A program made the translations under genes and the position numbers. Shown here piece after piece: positions 32,157 to 45,494 of a DNA stretch of 64,000 nt (position 1 is its first letter; each line of letters begins with the position of its first letter). This DNA comes from Convolutriloba macropyga (Eukaryota). The notes beneath the pieces were generated by a model. That model saw only the letters and a program-made list of their open reading frames with translations. It was not told where the DNA came from and did not search any database. The DNA is taken from positions 1-64,000 of the forward strand of contig NW_027453069.1 in NCBI RefSeq assembly GCF_964194025.1, read 5' to 3'.

Positions 32157-32404
32157 TGTCAGAAGGGTACAAATCATCCGTACCCAGGTACCTAGTACCT
32201 ACCAAGAACGAGATACACGCGCTTCAGAATTCCGTCATCCTGTTTCCCATACTTTCCGTCTGACTCCCTTTTTCTCTCTTTCCGTCTGATTCCCAGCGCT
32301 AGCTTTCCAAGTATCGCGCATATGCTCTCTTTCTCTCGATCAATCCGTCCCTATAAATATAGTTGTTTCCACATGATGTAACACATTAACACAGGATTCT
32401 AACA
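32157..32404 (+). repeat. 3' LTR (248 bp)
   Basis: Matches 30375-30622. Confidence 0.95.
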
Positions 32405-32454
32405 CCCTTGGCACTCCTGCTGGCACCAGTTCCCCTCCCCCCCCCGGCCCCCAC

Positions 32455-33430
32455 CGTGTACTCGTACTCGTAGTCGCTCTAGAGGGTCTCTAGCTAGTAC
32501 AGTACGAGTACTACCTCTGGTACGGCCCACCTTGGTAGGGTACGAGTACTACCTACTTTTCTAGCCATGTGCGGCTGCATGTTCTGGCCTGTATGTGTAT
32601 TATGAACCTATCACCTCTACTAGCTAGAGGTACTTTTTTTTTTACACCCCCGGGCAGGTGAAGGTAGAAAACCTCTAGAGGTACTACTGTCTACTCGTAG
32701 GAATAGGAATTTGGAATTACTAAAATTACTCCCGATTACGTAGGTACCCTCTGGTACGTTATTTCGTAATATCTTACGTGATCAGGGATCACCATTCACC
32801 ACGTGGGAATTAGTTTTGTTTTCGTGCGGATCGTGCCCTCCGGCTCGGGAGAACATGGCCGGCGGGTGGGTGGAAAGACCACTGCGCCCCACTCTTTCGA
32901 GCCGAGATGCGACTCGAAGACCAGGCAAGCTCCGCCAGGCGCCAGGCGCAGCCGAGCCACGTGGGTTTATTTATACTCTACACTATGACAAGGTAGGCAG
33001 GTACTACCTAGCTAGGTATCCGTTACGGGTGGTAGGGTACCCGCCCTATTATAAATTATTTTATACTGGCTAGGTAGTCTAGTAGTTGTTAGCTACCGCC
33101 TAGAGAGGTACCTAGCTAGCGATAGTCTACTCGCAGGAGGCACTACAATAGATAGATAGATAGTAGCTAGACTCTAGTATGTATATCGATCGATTAAGTA
33201 CTGTACGTACAACGCGTACTCACTGGCTACTCGTACGAGTACGATTACGATTATGTCGGCTATATATGGTACGAGTATAAATAAAGTATTTATGTTATGC
33301 ATATTATGAGGAGGCGTGGCGGATATTTAGCGATAATATAGTAGACCTTTGCGGAGTGCGGAGTCTGTAGGTATCCCCCTACCTAGAGTACTCGTACTGT
33401 ACGCAGGAGATACCTAGGAGATGCAGACTC
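32455..33430. promoter_or_regulatory. GTAC/CTAG-rich island upstream of the kinase gene (putative promoter)
   Basis: Dense gtac/ctag/tacg words 5' of the gene start. Confidence 0.4.
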
Positions 33431-33805
33431 AGAGTACAGCTTACCTGTCAGTACAGCTTACTTGAACCTGCCGCCTGCGTCAGTCAATCCGCGCCCGCCC
33501 GCCCGGCCCGGCCGGGGCGCTGCAGTCACAATTACTCACAATATTCCTCTCTGGAGTCTGCACTCTGACTGACTGCAGCTTGAGCTTTCCAGAGAATATT
33601 TTTCGGAACTGACCTGCAAAGATATTATGCAACCCACGATTTCCATTGCCCACCGGGCACGGTCCCACGAGCGGAAGTTGGAGCAGTGGATTTTCATGGT
33701 GTAGCGATATTTGCGCATGCATGTCAATCACTGTCCCTTGGCAATCTTTCTGACTAGCAGTGCTGACAGGCCGTGCAAACCGGTTGACGTGTGGAGTAGA
33801 TTGGG

Positions 33806-36800
33806 ATGTCTCCCGAGGCAGAACCTCAGCCCAGTGAGGCGGAGGCCATGGCAATAGTCCCGAAGGTGGCTTGGCAGGACTCGAACACCTCGGACGAAAA
33901 AGTGAGCTGCGGCCTGGCCGCGAACCCCAGCGTAAATCTGGCAGCGACGGCTGTCAATCCTTGTACCAGACTATCGGAACCTCAGTCCCGTTGGGAAAGG
34001 GGTCGGTGGACAAGTTCTGTGTTTGGGAGGAAACTCGCGTTGCTTCTCCCCTGATATCCGCCAGGCGCTAGAGCTGGGGCACTTGAATTGACAGCCCCTG
34101 GCCCCTGTGCTCGTGGTTCCACAGGGAGATGACTGTTCGGAGCAGAAGCCCCTGGTTACGGGCTGCAACCATCAGCTTGACCTGGTTTGATCCCCTGCAA
34201 CGGTTCCGTTCAGTTGTTGTTCACCAACAGGAAGCTGCAAGCTGCAAACGTGTCTGTGCCTGTGACACCAGTGCATGCCCGCCTTGTCAAGTCTCCTTTT
34301 TCACACGGAAATGCACTGCTTGGCTCAGGCACCGGAAAATGCAGATTTACTCAGTAGAGACATAATGTCCGACACGTTCGCGGCACTTCCTTTGAAGCCG
34401 AAGCAAGTGATGAGGACCGGCAATACTCAAATCGAGTGTTGCGTCGTTGGGGAAACTCCCAGTGGCCAGATGGTGCGGCTGTCACTTCGAATGCATACCT
34501 GCAGTTGTTCATGCTGGGCACGACACCAGAACTAGCTGGTTGAATGAGCCTTGTTTATCTCCTCCTCGGCAACATGGGTTTCTCAGTGAGGCCGTGACTC
34601 GGCTTGGGACCGCAGGCTGTTGACATGCAAGTCACCCAGAAGTTCCGGGCATACTACGATGCCAACGAATTGAGGAAGGCCAAGGAGTGCCGCCAGCCAA
34701 TACAACGGCCCGCTCCTCCCAGACTATCGGGCGCAAGCAAACCGGTGAGTCAGCCGTGCCTCTGGGGTTATCTTTCCATCCAACGCGGCAATGCAGCACC
34801 ACATGGTTCTGCTCTGCCCGGCAGCTAGAATCGCATTGACAGTTTTCTGAATGGGAGCTGTGTTGCAGATGTTGCTCAGTGAGATTGTGCATGAGGACTG
34901 CGAGGGGCATCTGCCTGCTCTGCCCCCCTCTGGAGACGGGCAGGTTCCTTGCCAATGGATTGTGGATTCTTCGCAAGTACAATTGAATCGCCGACTTGCG
35001 GTTGGGGGTTTTGCCGAGGTGCGCCTCCATTGCCACTGGCCTTTGCGTGCCTCGGCACCGGCTTCTTCTTCGCAGGCTTACCAAAAACTTCGATGCCTCT
35101 GTCGGCAGGTGTTTCTGGGGCAGTATGCTGGCACCCGCGTGGCCGTGAAACGTCTGTTTGCTCAAACAAACCATGAAGAGTTTCGGCAGGAAGTCCGAAT
35201 GCTGGCGCAGCTTCGACATCCGAATCTTCTCCTTTTTATGGGATACACCATGTATCCCTCCCTTGCAATAATCACAGAGTACATGCAGCGCGGTAGCCTT
35301 TACAACATCATCTCCAAGAGGGGAAACATCCCTCTGGAAACCAAGCTCCAACGATCTGTGGCTCTCAGTGTGGCCCGCGGCATGGTACGTGGAGGATTCA
35401 TGTATTGTTTGCTGCCGCGATGCCCTGCAGCCTCCATCCGGAATGCATAATATCCTCCTCCTCCTCACTGGCTGCTGTCTGCACCAGGCTTACCTTCACA
35501 GCCGGTCTCCCCCAATTCTGCACCTGGATCTGAAGTCGGCGAATATTTTGGTCGACAATGCATGGCGTGTGAAGCTCGGTGACTTTGGGCTGTCGAGGAT
35601 ACGGATCAACTCGTGAGTGCTGTGACAGCCCTTTGCAGTTGAGGGAATGGATGCCGGTCGCTGAGAGCCTGTCCTGTTTTTATCGTGGCTGACACTTGAC
35701 GCATGTTGGCCTGCTCCCACAAACAGTTTCATGTCAAGCGCTGCCTCATCTGGAGGGACTCCCCAGTGGATGGCACCGGAAGTTTTGCGCAGCGAGCGCT
35801 ATGACGAAGCTGCAGATGTGTACAGTTTCGGCGTTGTTTTGTGGGAAGTGCTGACAGGAAAGGCCCCGTGGGCAGATATGCACGCCATGCAAGTGGTGGG
35901 GGCTGTTGGCTTTCAGGTGAGCACGCGTGTGTATTGCGCCTCATGAACGGTCATCAGTGGATTCATGCGCTTGTGATGGTGCTGCCGTTCCACGCTTGGG
36001 ATTGACACACCCTGGCACCTGCAGGGCCGCATGCTACCCAGACCATCATCTCCGGACGCCGACCCCTTTCTTGTGGAACTCTGCATGCTGTGCATGCGGC
36101 CAAACCCTCGGGAGCGGCCCATGTTTTCAGCAATGGTTGATGCCCTGGATGAGCACTTTAATCACCGGCCCGGCTCGTCCTCTTCCTCCGCTTCGCTAGC
36201 CCATGTCACAGGGACTGTACCCCCGGTGGCAGAAGAACAGGTATGCCAGCGAACTGTATGTATGCCTTCCTTGAGGTTTGCCGTTGCTCTGGCATAGAAT
36301 GGCTCAGACGTTGTGGTGATGGTCCATTAGGAGTCGCCACGCGCTCTTTTCAGCCCACCTCACGGGGAATCATCAGTGGGAACTGCTCCACATTCGAGCG
36401 GCCGTTTGTCCATCCGAACGATCAGCAACGCATCCTCTGAAGGGCGAGCGCCATTGCCTGACGACGAGCAGCTGCCCTTTGCACACCCCGACAACGCTTC
36501 GGAGCCAGCCGAATTTCAGGTGTGAACATCGCTGGCCTTCCCAATTATCTACGGTGGTGGATCAGCATGGGAATTTGCTTGTCATTTTCACCACCGAAAG
36601 GCTTCCCTGATACCAACCCACTGCGGTCCCGCAGGACAAGGAGCTGCCGAAGATGTATGGTTTGTTCAGGCAACCCTCCATCGTATCACCGTTTGCAGAT
36701 TCAGAAGGTGGAAAGCGATCTCTTGTTTGCTTGCACATGCGAAAACACATGTTGCATTGTTTTTCTGAACTGAGATGCCTCGGCTGGCAACAGCCCCTGA

Positions 36801-37559
36801 CCAGCAGTTGCTGTGTGTGCAACAGTTGCCCCAACCGCAAGGCAGACACCGCTGGTGTCCCCGTTTACGGACGGCCTTGGCTCGCCCACGTCAATGGCTG
36901 AGATGTCACTGGCTCAGGAGGCGGAATCTTCAGGTGTTGCTGCTGATCCGAGGATCGTCAGCGAAGCCTCGCGCCAGGAATCCATTATTTCTCCTTTTCT
37001 TCAAACCAATGACGGCTCTGAAGGAGTGGAAGCTGTGACCACTGATTTCAGCGGCTTGTCTGTCGACGTGGCGGCACCGAATGCCGTTGGAGCCCGAGGG
37101 CCTGAGACATCGCCTCCTTCACTGGCAAAGGAGTGGCACAGTGCGTCTTCAGGCCAGTTTCCGACATCTTCGCCTTTCGAGGTGGCCCCAACGGGCAGTG
37201 AGGTGGAAGAGGTTGACCCCACTCCTGAGGCTGCGGAACTGAGCCCTCCGCACACGCCCACGCAGCATCCAATGCGCTTGCAAGGCCCTCCGAGCAACGG
37301 ATTCCCCGCTCACTCTGGAGTTTCAAACGCCAAGCAGCAAGTTCCTGCTGATGGCCTATTGATGTTGAAGCCTAGCCGAGGCCCAGCAAGCCGGCATGGG
37401 AGCCGCGATCCGGATCGATCCGCAGAGGATGCGTCTCATTTCCCTGACACTGACCAGACTCCATCCGCACCACCAAGCAATACGCAAGGCCGTAAATCTG
37501 GAAAGATCATGCGTGCATTCTCAGACGCCAGGAGGCGATGGACCTGCTCGACCAAGTAG
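33806..37559 (+). CDS. RAF-like MAPKKK / TKL-family Ser/Thr protein kinase (CTR1/EDR1-like kinase domain); multi-exon, start uncertain
   Basis: [81 protein letters not shown], followed by a low-complexity C-tail. Confidence 0.9.
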
Positions 37560-38086
37560 CTGCTGCTGCATTGGGTGTGCCAAGCAGGCGCTAGGGTGCC
37601 ACTGTAAATTCTGTACAGTACAATACTTGGGACGTGCGCCTGTCATAGGGATTGTCAGTTTTGGGGCCCATAATCCCGGGCATCTCCGCAGTCTTCATTC
37701 ACCGTCTGACGCAGCTCAACTTGGCGCTGTGCGAATTGCTCAGTTGAAGGGAATGTCTGCAGTTGACAATAAGTACACTCTATGCAGGAAGCGTTCACCC
37801 CAGCAGAACAGCAGAAACCACATGGGGTGTGACTCGTCTGTTCACGGCTTTCAACTTTGGCGATCTGAAAGATGGGCACAATGGGAGGCCCCTTATGATT
37901 AAATATGCACCCTGCGATCGTCTCAACCGAAAATCGTGAACATTATAGGAACAGAAAACAATGGTAGGCGTGACCAGCGAATTGCTGCTGTTGGACTGCA
38001 GCCTCACACCCTTGGGAACCTGCTGCGGTGGAGAATCAGGCCGGCGTTCGGAGGCTCTCAGGTGTCTCCTCGCGGCGAGAGAAGAT

Positions 38087-39661
38087 TCAGTGGTGGTACG
38101 GCTCCCCGCGGAGAATCGTCCAGCCTCTGTAAATTTGCTCCAGCAGCACAACGTGTGCCACCTAACGGTCCACCAGAACAAGCAAAAATACGCTTCAAGG
38201 GATGCCTTCCCAGTGCAACAGAGTCAAGGCACTCGCAGCGGAACTCGCTACGAGATAAGCATGAGCACCACACCAACTGGATCTCAAAGGAGCCTCGAGA
38301 CATATCACCTGATGGTTGAGCACCATGGCAGACAGCCGTATCGTCTTTGAACCCCGTTGCTGGACCTGGGGATGGCGTCCCAGGCACACAGGTTGTCAAT
38401 ATCGTGAGCTCAGTTCTCCGTGCAATACGAGAGTGACACTGCATTGTCGGCCGGCGCTTCAAGGAGACTCCCAACCCATCGCGAGCCAAGAAGATGACAG
38501 CTCATGTCTGGATGTCACGTGAGCCAGGAGGTGGCATTGAGGAGACATTTGGTGGGGTGACACACAGCCACAAGGAGCGGTGGCGCTCAGGATTCACCTC
38601 CTGACTGTGCCCGTACGGTCCCCCAATACAGAAGACTATTCTGTTGAGTCCACGGTCTCCTGCGTCTGCCAGCAGCGTTGCCATGCCTTCCGACGTAAGG
38701 TCCTTGCCCCTCTCGTCCAGCACAACCACATAGTCATCAGGCGTGAGGAGTCTGAGGACGCGCTCCCCTGCACGGAAGCCCCAAGCCTATGCATCACTGC
38801 CTGTACGTACAGGTGGAAGGACCGCAGTCTAGCCATGGGGATCAACGGGGGTGGGGGCCGTCACCCTCGGTGGTCTTTTGGATGTTTGGATCGCTTGAAT
38901 TCTTTGGATTTGGCCGAATTTGGACGTGCTCAAACTTGCAATAGTTCTGGATCTTGGAAGCGTACTCGTCTGCCATGAAGAAAAGCGTTGCACACGTTGT
39001 CACCCCGCAAAAAAAAGGGGGAGACAGCGTTTGTACTGTGTGTCGGAGAAATGCAAGGGAGGCGGCATAACTGCGTTGCTCGCAAACACAAAAGCTGTGC
39101 AGTGGGTATGAAACTGAGGAGATGCGACGTGCGCAAACAGACGCATAGGGTACAAAACGAGTGACATCGGCATCCCCAGCTGATCCCCGCTTGGCCCAGG
39201 CGGTTGATCAGAGTGCCAGCACACCTGCCATCAGCGAGGCTCCTTTGCTGTTCTTCTTTGTGATCGTCAACACCTTGATAGGCACCGGCCGAACAGCACG
39301 TGCCAGATTCTTGGAGCTGCTGCTGCAGATCACCGTCGCTGCCAATTCGAGGAAATGTGTCAGCACGGCGCAGGTGCGCAGGCGCGCTCTCGCAGACCAG
39401 TCACAGCCGGGTGATTGGCAGAGCAAAGAAGACGTAGCGTGCCATCAAAACCAGGCGTCCAGTCACTCGAGGGAGGCAGACTGTTGTGATCTGGGCAGCC
39501 ATGATCAACCATGCAGCAGGCCAGTGCCGGAACGCGGTACAAGGTCGGAGAATACCTGTCATCATCTTGCTTCTCAGTTCTTTGCCTGCCCTTTGTCCGA
39601 ACATCCGTCTACAATGAGGCAAAGACTTGCTGCCTGCCTGTAGCGCCGAGATGGAAGCCAT
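38087..39661 (-). CDS. rlmH: RlmH-type SPOUT rRNA methyltransferase, probably organelle-targeted; multi-exon
   Basis: VVLDERGKDLTSE, VFCIGGPYGH, IRLSAMVLNHQ|VAHVVLLEQIYRGWTILRGEPYHH*. Ser/Arg-rich N-terminal extension. Confidence 0.9.
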
Positions 39662-39869
39662 GTCGTTGCCTTTCTGATTGCTGATCTCCTGCCTGCTGAG
39701 CCCTAGCGACGGAGGGGCCGGCCAGTGAGAGCGGGAGGGAGGGAAAGCTCTAGATATCAATTTCACACATGCACCTGTGCACGTTGCTGTTGAAGGAACT
39801 CCCAGGGGGGTGGAAGGACTTTCAACTTTCAAGTCCGAGCTTGACGCCGGCACCCCCACTTCAATATAC

Positions 39870-40560
39870 TACAAGGAGATACCCTCTCTAGAGAGAGTGC
39901 TGGGGTTAAGGCCTAAGTAGGTAAGTAAGGATTCTCCTTTTGGTAGAAGGGCTTTTTTCCAGCTCTACAATTTTAGGTACTCGTAGTCCTCCCGGGCCCC
40001 GGGGTGCAAAAGAAACTAAAGTATTGTACAAAGTACTAAGCAGCCCTCGTGGACCTGCATGCATGGCCGGATGGGTCCACCGCAGATATGGACTGGTAGG
40101 GTACCTAGTACCTACATCCGTACTCGTACGAGTTCCTGGCGTGTACTACGGACGTAGCTTATACCAGTACTCGTACAAGTAGGAAGGCCGGTAGGGTACG
40201 GGGCACCTACCCATACGTTGATAGGGTGTTTTAGTATCTGCATATAATTCGTGCATCATGCGCATTTGTGCTGTGGTACCAGTACATATGGCAGGTACCC
40301 TACCTAGGTTCTCGGGTGCCCACATAGTATCCTAGCTGTGAGGCTGCCCCTTTCCCGTGTAATTACCTCGTCACCTCTAGGTACCTACTGTAGCTGTCTG
40401 TACATGCATGTTTTTTTTTTCACCCCCGGCCCGGGGAGAAGGTGGGTCGATGCCTGTATACAAAATTTTCGTACTCGGTTAATTTCGATTGCAGTACGTG
40501 GACGTCAGTAGGGTACGTGTACGAGTAGAATTTGAGAGAAATTTAGTTAGAGTGTCAATT
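39870..40560. promoter_or_regulatory. GTAC/CTAG-rich island between divergent rlmH-like and MND1 genes
   Basis: Same compositional signature as the other islands. Contains the T-run-CACCCC motif at 40411. Confidence 0.4.
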
Positions 40561-41101
40561 ATAATTTTCAAATCGATCGATATCCTGTCTGAAACGTTCA
40601 AATTTGTGGGCCAGGTTTGGAACTTGGCGTGTGCTGAGCTAGTGGAGTGCGACTTGAAACGCACACAACCAGCCTGGGATGATACTGGTCAGATGCATGA
40701 AAGCTGAATTGACATGCCCTGGTATTAGTTCAGGTCAGCAGCATAGGGGAGACAACAAGGCGTGCCCAATGATGGCTTTCTAGGCTGCAGGTGGCAGGTG
40801 GGCACGGTAGGGATACCTTCACGCGTTTCATGTAAACAATGTACACTTCTTCTGATTTGTGGGCTTCTGACACAGTGTGGGCAAGTGCTCACATTCTAGC
40901 ACTGGCATTGACGGCCTGACCGAAAGGGCAGCCAGCCAGAACTGCATACCTGATCGCTCATGTCCCTTGCCTCCAGGCTGCTCCCAGCCAAGTGCTTTCG
41001 GAGAGGAGAATATAGCCGGCAGCCTGCAGGATCGGCGAGGGCGCGGCCCTGTGGACGACCAATCTTTTGCCGTCTGAACCGCCGACCAATCTTGTGCCAG
41101 C

Positions 41102-43133
41102 ATGACCGGGAAGAAGCGGGGTTTGTCGCTGGAAGACAAGAAGGAGAAGGTCATGGAAATTTTCTACGAATCCAGTGATGTTTTCCTCTTGAAGGTTCGA
41201 CAGCACTGCTATGCACTCTTCCTCCGTCACTGAACCGGCCTTCACTGCCTGCATGCCGCCCCGCGATCTTGGCGGGATCAGAAGCCGTGCACATAGAGTT
41301 GAGGCCCAAACCTGCCAGCCAGCAAGGCTCGCTTGCATCATGAAGCTTGAAAATTTTCGAAAGAGCCTGTGCCGAGGCTGAACAGTTAGGTCACAGCAAT
41401 CCTGTGCTTGAGGTCCTCTGGATGCGCCGGCCCTGCCCAGGAAATTGAGAAGCTTGCAGTGAAGAAGGGCGTGACATTTCAAAGCGTCAAAGACGTGGTG
41501 CAAGAGCTGGTGGACATGGACGTGTTGCACCAGGAAAAGATTGGCACCAGCAACTTCTTCTGGGCGTTTCCGTCTGAAGCCTCTGTGAAGGTAAGACGAG
41601 GCACAGTTGCGGTACGCGTGGGTGCCTGACTAGCACAGGGCCGCCCGGGATTGCCGTCCAGGGCCCGGTGGCGGCGGTGCTTGTGGCCAGCCGTCAGTTG
41701 GTGAGATTGAAGGTCTGTACAACGCCTGCGAAACAAGCAGGACGACACGGGGAGTGGCGGACGCAAAAGATAGCCTCCAAAGTGCTGTGCCTCAGCGCTC
41801 CCTGACCCTTTTGTCTTCAATGCGCAGCTGGAGAAGGAGCACCGTGCCGCCAAATCGCAGCTCGATTCGTCGGAGAAAGCCCTGGAGCTTTTGTCCAACG
41901 AGCTTGACAAAGTCCGGGCAGAACGAGCCAACAATGTGCGTCTTTGTTACATCCGTGGCAAACCCATTCTCGCCTCGCCGCAAATGGTCAAAGCGGTCGC
42001 CCCATTGTTTTTTCTTTTGCGCCGTCGCTGCCGCACACATGACCGGTTGTGATCCGTATATGAGCGAGTTGTCTGGAGAGAAGAAACTGGGACCCGCACT
42101 TGGTTGCCCCTGAAAGAACGGTCGATGGCACAAGAGGGGATGACTCAGAGGGGATGACACGCGCAGCACAATCTCCTCTGAAGAACAACGATTTGAGTGT
42201 TCTTCCGCTTAGAAATCTGACCCGAGGCGCTGCTCTCAGGGGGACATTAGCAAGCGGATGGAGGAATTCAGTCAGCTGAAAGCCCAAGAACAGGACCTGC
42301 AGCGGCAACTGCACAGCCTACAGAGTTCGGACCATGTTTTGTTCCAAGAGCTGGGTGCGTCTCACTCAACCGCGCAGTCCCTGACACATAGACCCGGCAA
42401 AGTCTTGGAACACAACGTGTCTGTCTCTATGCCAACTGCCAATTCTGTACCGTAACATCGGTGGTGCGCTGCTGCTGAATCTGGGCATTGTTATTCCTGC
42501 ATGCCTCCCCCCGCACTTCCCTTCCCTCTGACTGTTGCGGCACTGTCGATGGCAAGCAGTCCTTCCAGCGCACTTCCCTTGCCTTACCGTACACACCATT
42601 GCACTGTGCGCCCCCAGGCGATGCCATCCCAACAGCCCGTGATTCCGCCAACCGTTGGCTAGGTAAGCGTCCAACGCCCACCCTATTGCGGCAGTGCAGT
42701 GGGCATGGATTTGGGGTTGTCGGGATTGCTCAGGCTCTGGTCAGGGGGGAGTCCGTTCCTGGCTTCCGCAGCTACAGTCGTGCTGACACACCGTGTGGGA
42801 GAGGACTTGAATGTCGGCTCGGGCGTCGGTTGCATGCTCTCGCCTGCCAGCTATTGTGTCTGTAAGATTGTCCGTTGCCACAGATAACATCGACATGCTG
42901 CGTGATTGGACAAAGAAGAAGTTCAGTGGGATGGAGGATCAAGTGGACAACTTCTTTCACGAGGTACGGACGATTTTGTGAAGGCCGCGAGGCCAAACTT
43001 GTTCCGCCACTTTGCTTATTCCGACTCACTGAGCCCTCGAAACATTCACTGTTTGCTTTGGTTTGCCACGGCTTCGCTGGGATGGATTGCTGTGCAGAAC
43101 GGCTTCACAGATGACATGGAGCAGCTGGAGTGA
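41102..43133 (+). CDS. MND1: Meiotic nuclear division protein 1; multi-exon
   Basis: MTGKKRGLSLEDKKEKVMEIFYESSDVFLLK|EIEKLAVKKGVTFQSVKDVVQELVD..EKIGTSNFFWAFPS..., ANRW|DNI..L..W.KKKF, ending DDMEQLE*. Confidence 0.93.
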
Positions 43134-44002
43134 CACCGGGCCAACACCAAGCGATGCTGATGGAGCCGACGACATCATCACCTTCCTCGCCATGCTCGGT
43201 ACCTACCTCTCCTCCGAATCCCTCCCAGCAACAGTCGGATTTGTGGCGTCAAGAGCACATATGCCGATTACATTCCCTTGTGCCCTGCGCTGCTGCTGAT
43301 CCTGCTTGCAACAGCATGAAACAGCCGGCTAGACAGGTTAGGGGTTGCACTCAAAATGGCAAGAACCGGGACACATCCCAGGGGGGGGCTAGACAATTCC
43401 TACAACGTCTGCATGCACAACGCTGCAGTCTTTACAGCTCTCAACCCCCCCCCCCCCCCCCCCCACACACACACACTCACTCACCTGACGGGGCGGCAGA
43501 CGGTTTGCTCCTCTCTGCCTCTTCTGCCCTACATGTAACTGACGTATGTGTATGAAAACAGTTCACCCCAGAGCCTTACATGTAACCGACACTGCACATA
43601 TTAAAACAGTCAGGAGTTGGTGGAGCACACAATGCCCTGCTCTCGCATCCGCAAGCCCAATGTGGTTCGCACGGGGACGCTGTTTGTTGGGGAAGGGATG
43701 CTGGGCGCGGTGCACGCAAGGCAATCGGACGATATCCCCACGTGACAGACAACCTGCCGGTATGCGGGACAGATTTTTGGCGCATGTCATGCATCACTGA
43801 CGTCAATGTAAAAGACAGGCGCAGTGTATGGTTTGGAAGCCTGGAAGGGGGATGAAGCTGTCAAGGGAAGAAGGGCAACCAACCACTGCCACGTGATGCA
43901 GATGTCCACACACAGTATGACATCAGCTCTCATGATCACAGACTCGAACAGACTCGCTTTCAATGTCGTTAGGCATTGTTACACCGGCTGTGGAGTGGAG
44001 AT

Positions 44003-45459
44003 CTACTTTCGCATTGCCCACTTGTCGCCAGCAGGGGCAGCACTAGGTGCTGCTGCTGGCGCCCCGGCAAATCCCCCAAACCCTCCACCGGTAGGGGTGG
44101 CAGGATTACTGCTTGCAAATGCACCAAAGCCAGTGCTGGCCCCCGGCGATGCAAATTGCCCAAAGCCTGAGCCTGGGGTTGCAGGGGCTCCAAAGCCGGC
44201 GCCCCCCGGGCTTGCAGGTGCACCAAAGGCTGGTGATGGAGAGGCTGGAGCTCCAAACACAGAGCCGCCCAGTGTCGAGGGTTGCCCGAAACCAGAGCCG
44301 CCGCCAAAGGCCCCGCCGGCAGCTGCAGGTTGCCCAAAACCACCAGGCACAGATGGCTGGCCAAACGCAGACGGTTGTCCAAATGGGGATTGAGCTTCTG
44401 CTGGCTTGGAGGACGCCGCCAGCTGACCAAAGCCTGGAAGAAAACGGATGAGGGCAGGACGTTAGAAGACAGGGGGATCACAGCCTGAAAATCTGGTCAG
44501 CCACAATCTCAGTGAGTGTCACGGACATGTGCTGAATCCGGTCGAACGGTGTCAGACTCAGCCAAGCAAATAGCACATGTCGCTCACCAGGTTGGCCTCC
44601 GAATCCCGAGGAGGAACCGAACGCCGACTGAGCTCCAAACGCGCTGGGCTGTCCAAAACCAGACCCAATGCTTGAGGGAGCCCCGAAAGCGCTCTGGCCA
44701 GACAGGGCTGCTGCGCCGCCAGAAGCAAGGGTGGGCCCTGATGCTTGAGCAGCGCCTGAAAACGATCCGAAAGGACTGGCAGGCAAAGGCAAGCTCAGTC
44801 AGAAAAGCCTGAGCAAACAATTCTGTCAACGCCGGCAGGCACTGACAAGACACTGGGACTCTTGCGGAGGAGGATCTGGCGTCCATTCTGTGTGCGGGGG
44901 ATCTGGCGTCCATTCTGAGTGCAGAGAGAGACAGCCGCTGGATGTGTGTGAGCTCGTTAGTGGGATACCTGGCTTGTGCTGGGGCAGGGGCTGCAAATGC
45001 TGAGGCTGACGATGCAGAAGAGGCTGCGCTCGAAGAACCAAAATTCAAGCCCTTTCCAAACGGACTTGAAGAGGATGCTGCCGTGGTCTGAGAACCGCCG
45101 GAAGATCCGCTGCCCAATCCAAATGCCCCGAATGCCGACGTGCTTGGGCCTGACCAAGCGCATCACAACACACCAAGTCACGCGGTCTACTCCTAGCTTG
45201 GCACACCTCAGGCTGAGATTAGTCTGCCTGTACCACCGAAGAGACCGAAGGCGGACGTTCATGTCTCTCTGCAGAGAGCAGCAGGCATGAGAGGAGAAAG
45301 TTACCGGATGAAGCTAGGTTGCCTCCAAAAGCCGACGCTGATGTCGCTGCAGTTGATGCAAAAGCGAAGGGCGATGAGCCCGCGGCAGAGGCTGCTGATC
45401 CAAACGCTGATGGCTGCATTCGGACGACAACAGCACAGGTTTTAAAGATGGGCCAAGGC

Positions 45460-45494
<35 letters not shown>

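Larger units (their letters stand above)
30375..32404 (+). mobile_element. Gag-only non-autonomous LTR retrotransposon (TR-GAG-like, Copia-type Gag), 2030 bp
   Basis: Two 248-bp TG...CA LTRs, identical by eye. PBS-like TGGTTTCGGAGC at 30623, purine tract GAGCGGGGG before the 3' LTR, and flanking 4-bp duplication CCCT. Confidence 0.93.

Noticed and set aside
44872-44920. Short direct duplication ggatctggcgtccattctg in an intron
   Set aside because: Ordinary local duplication with no further structure.
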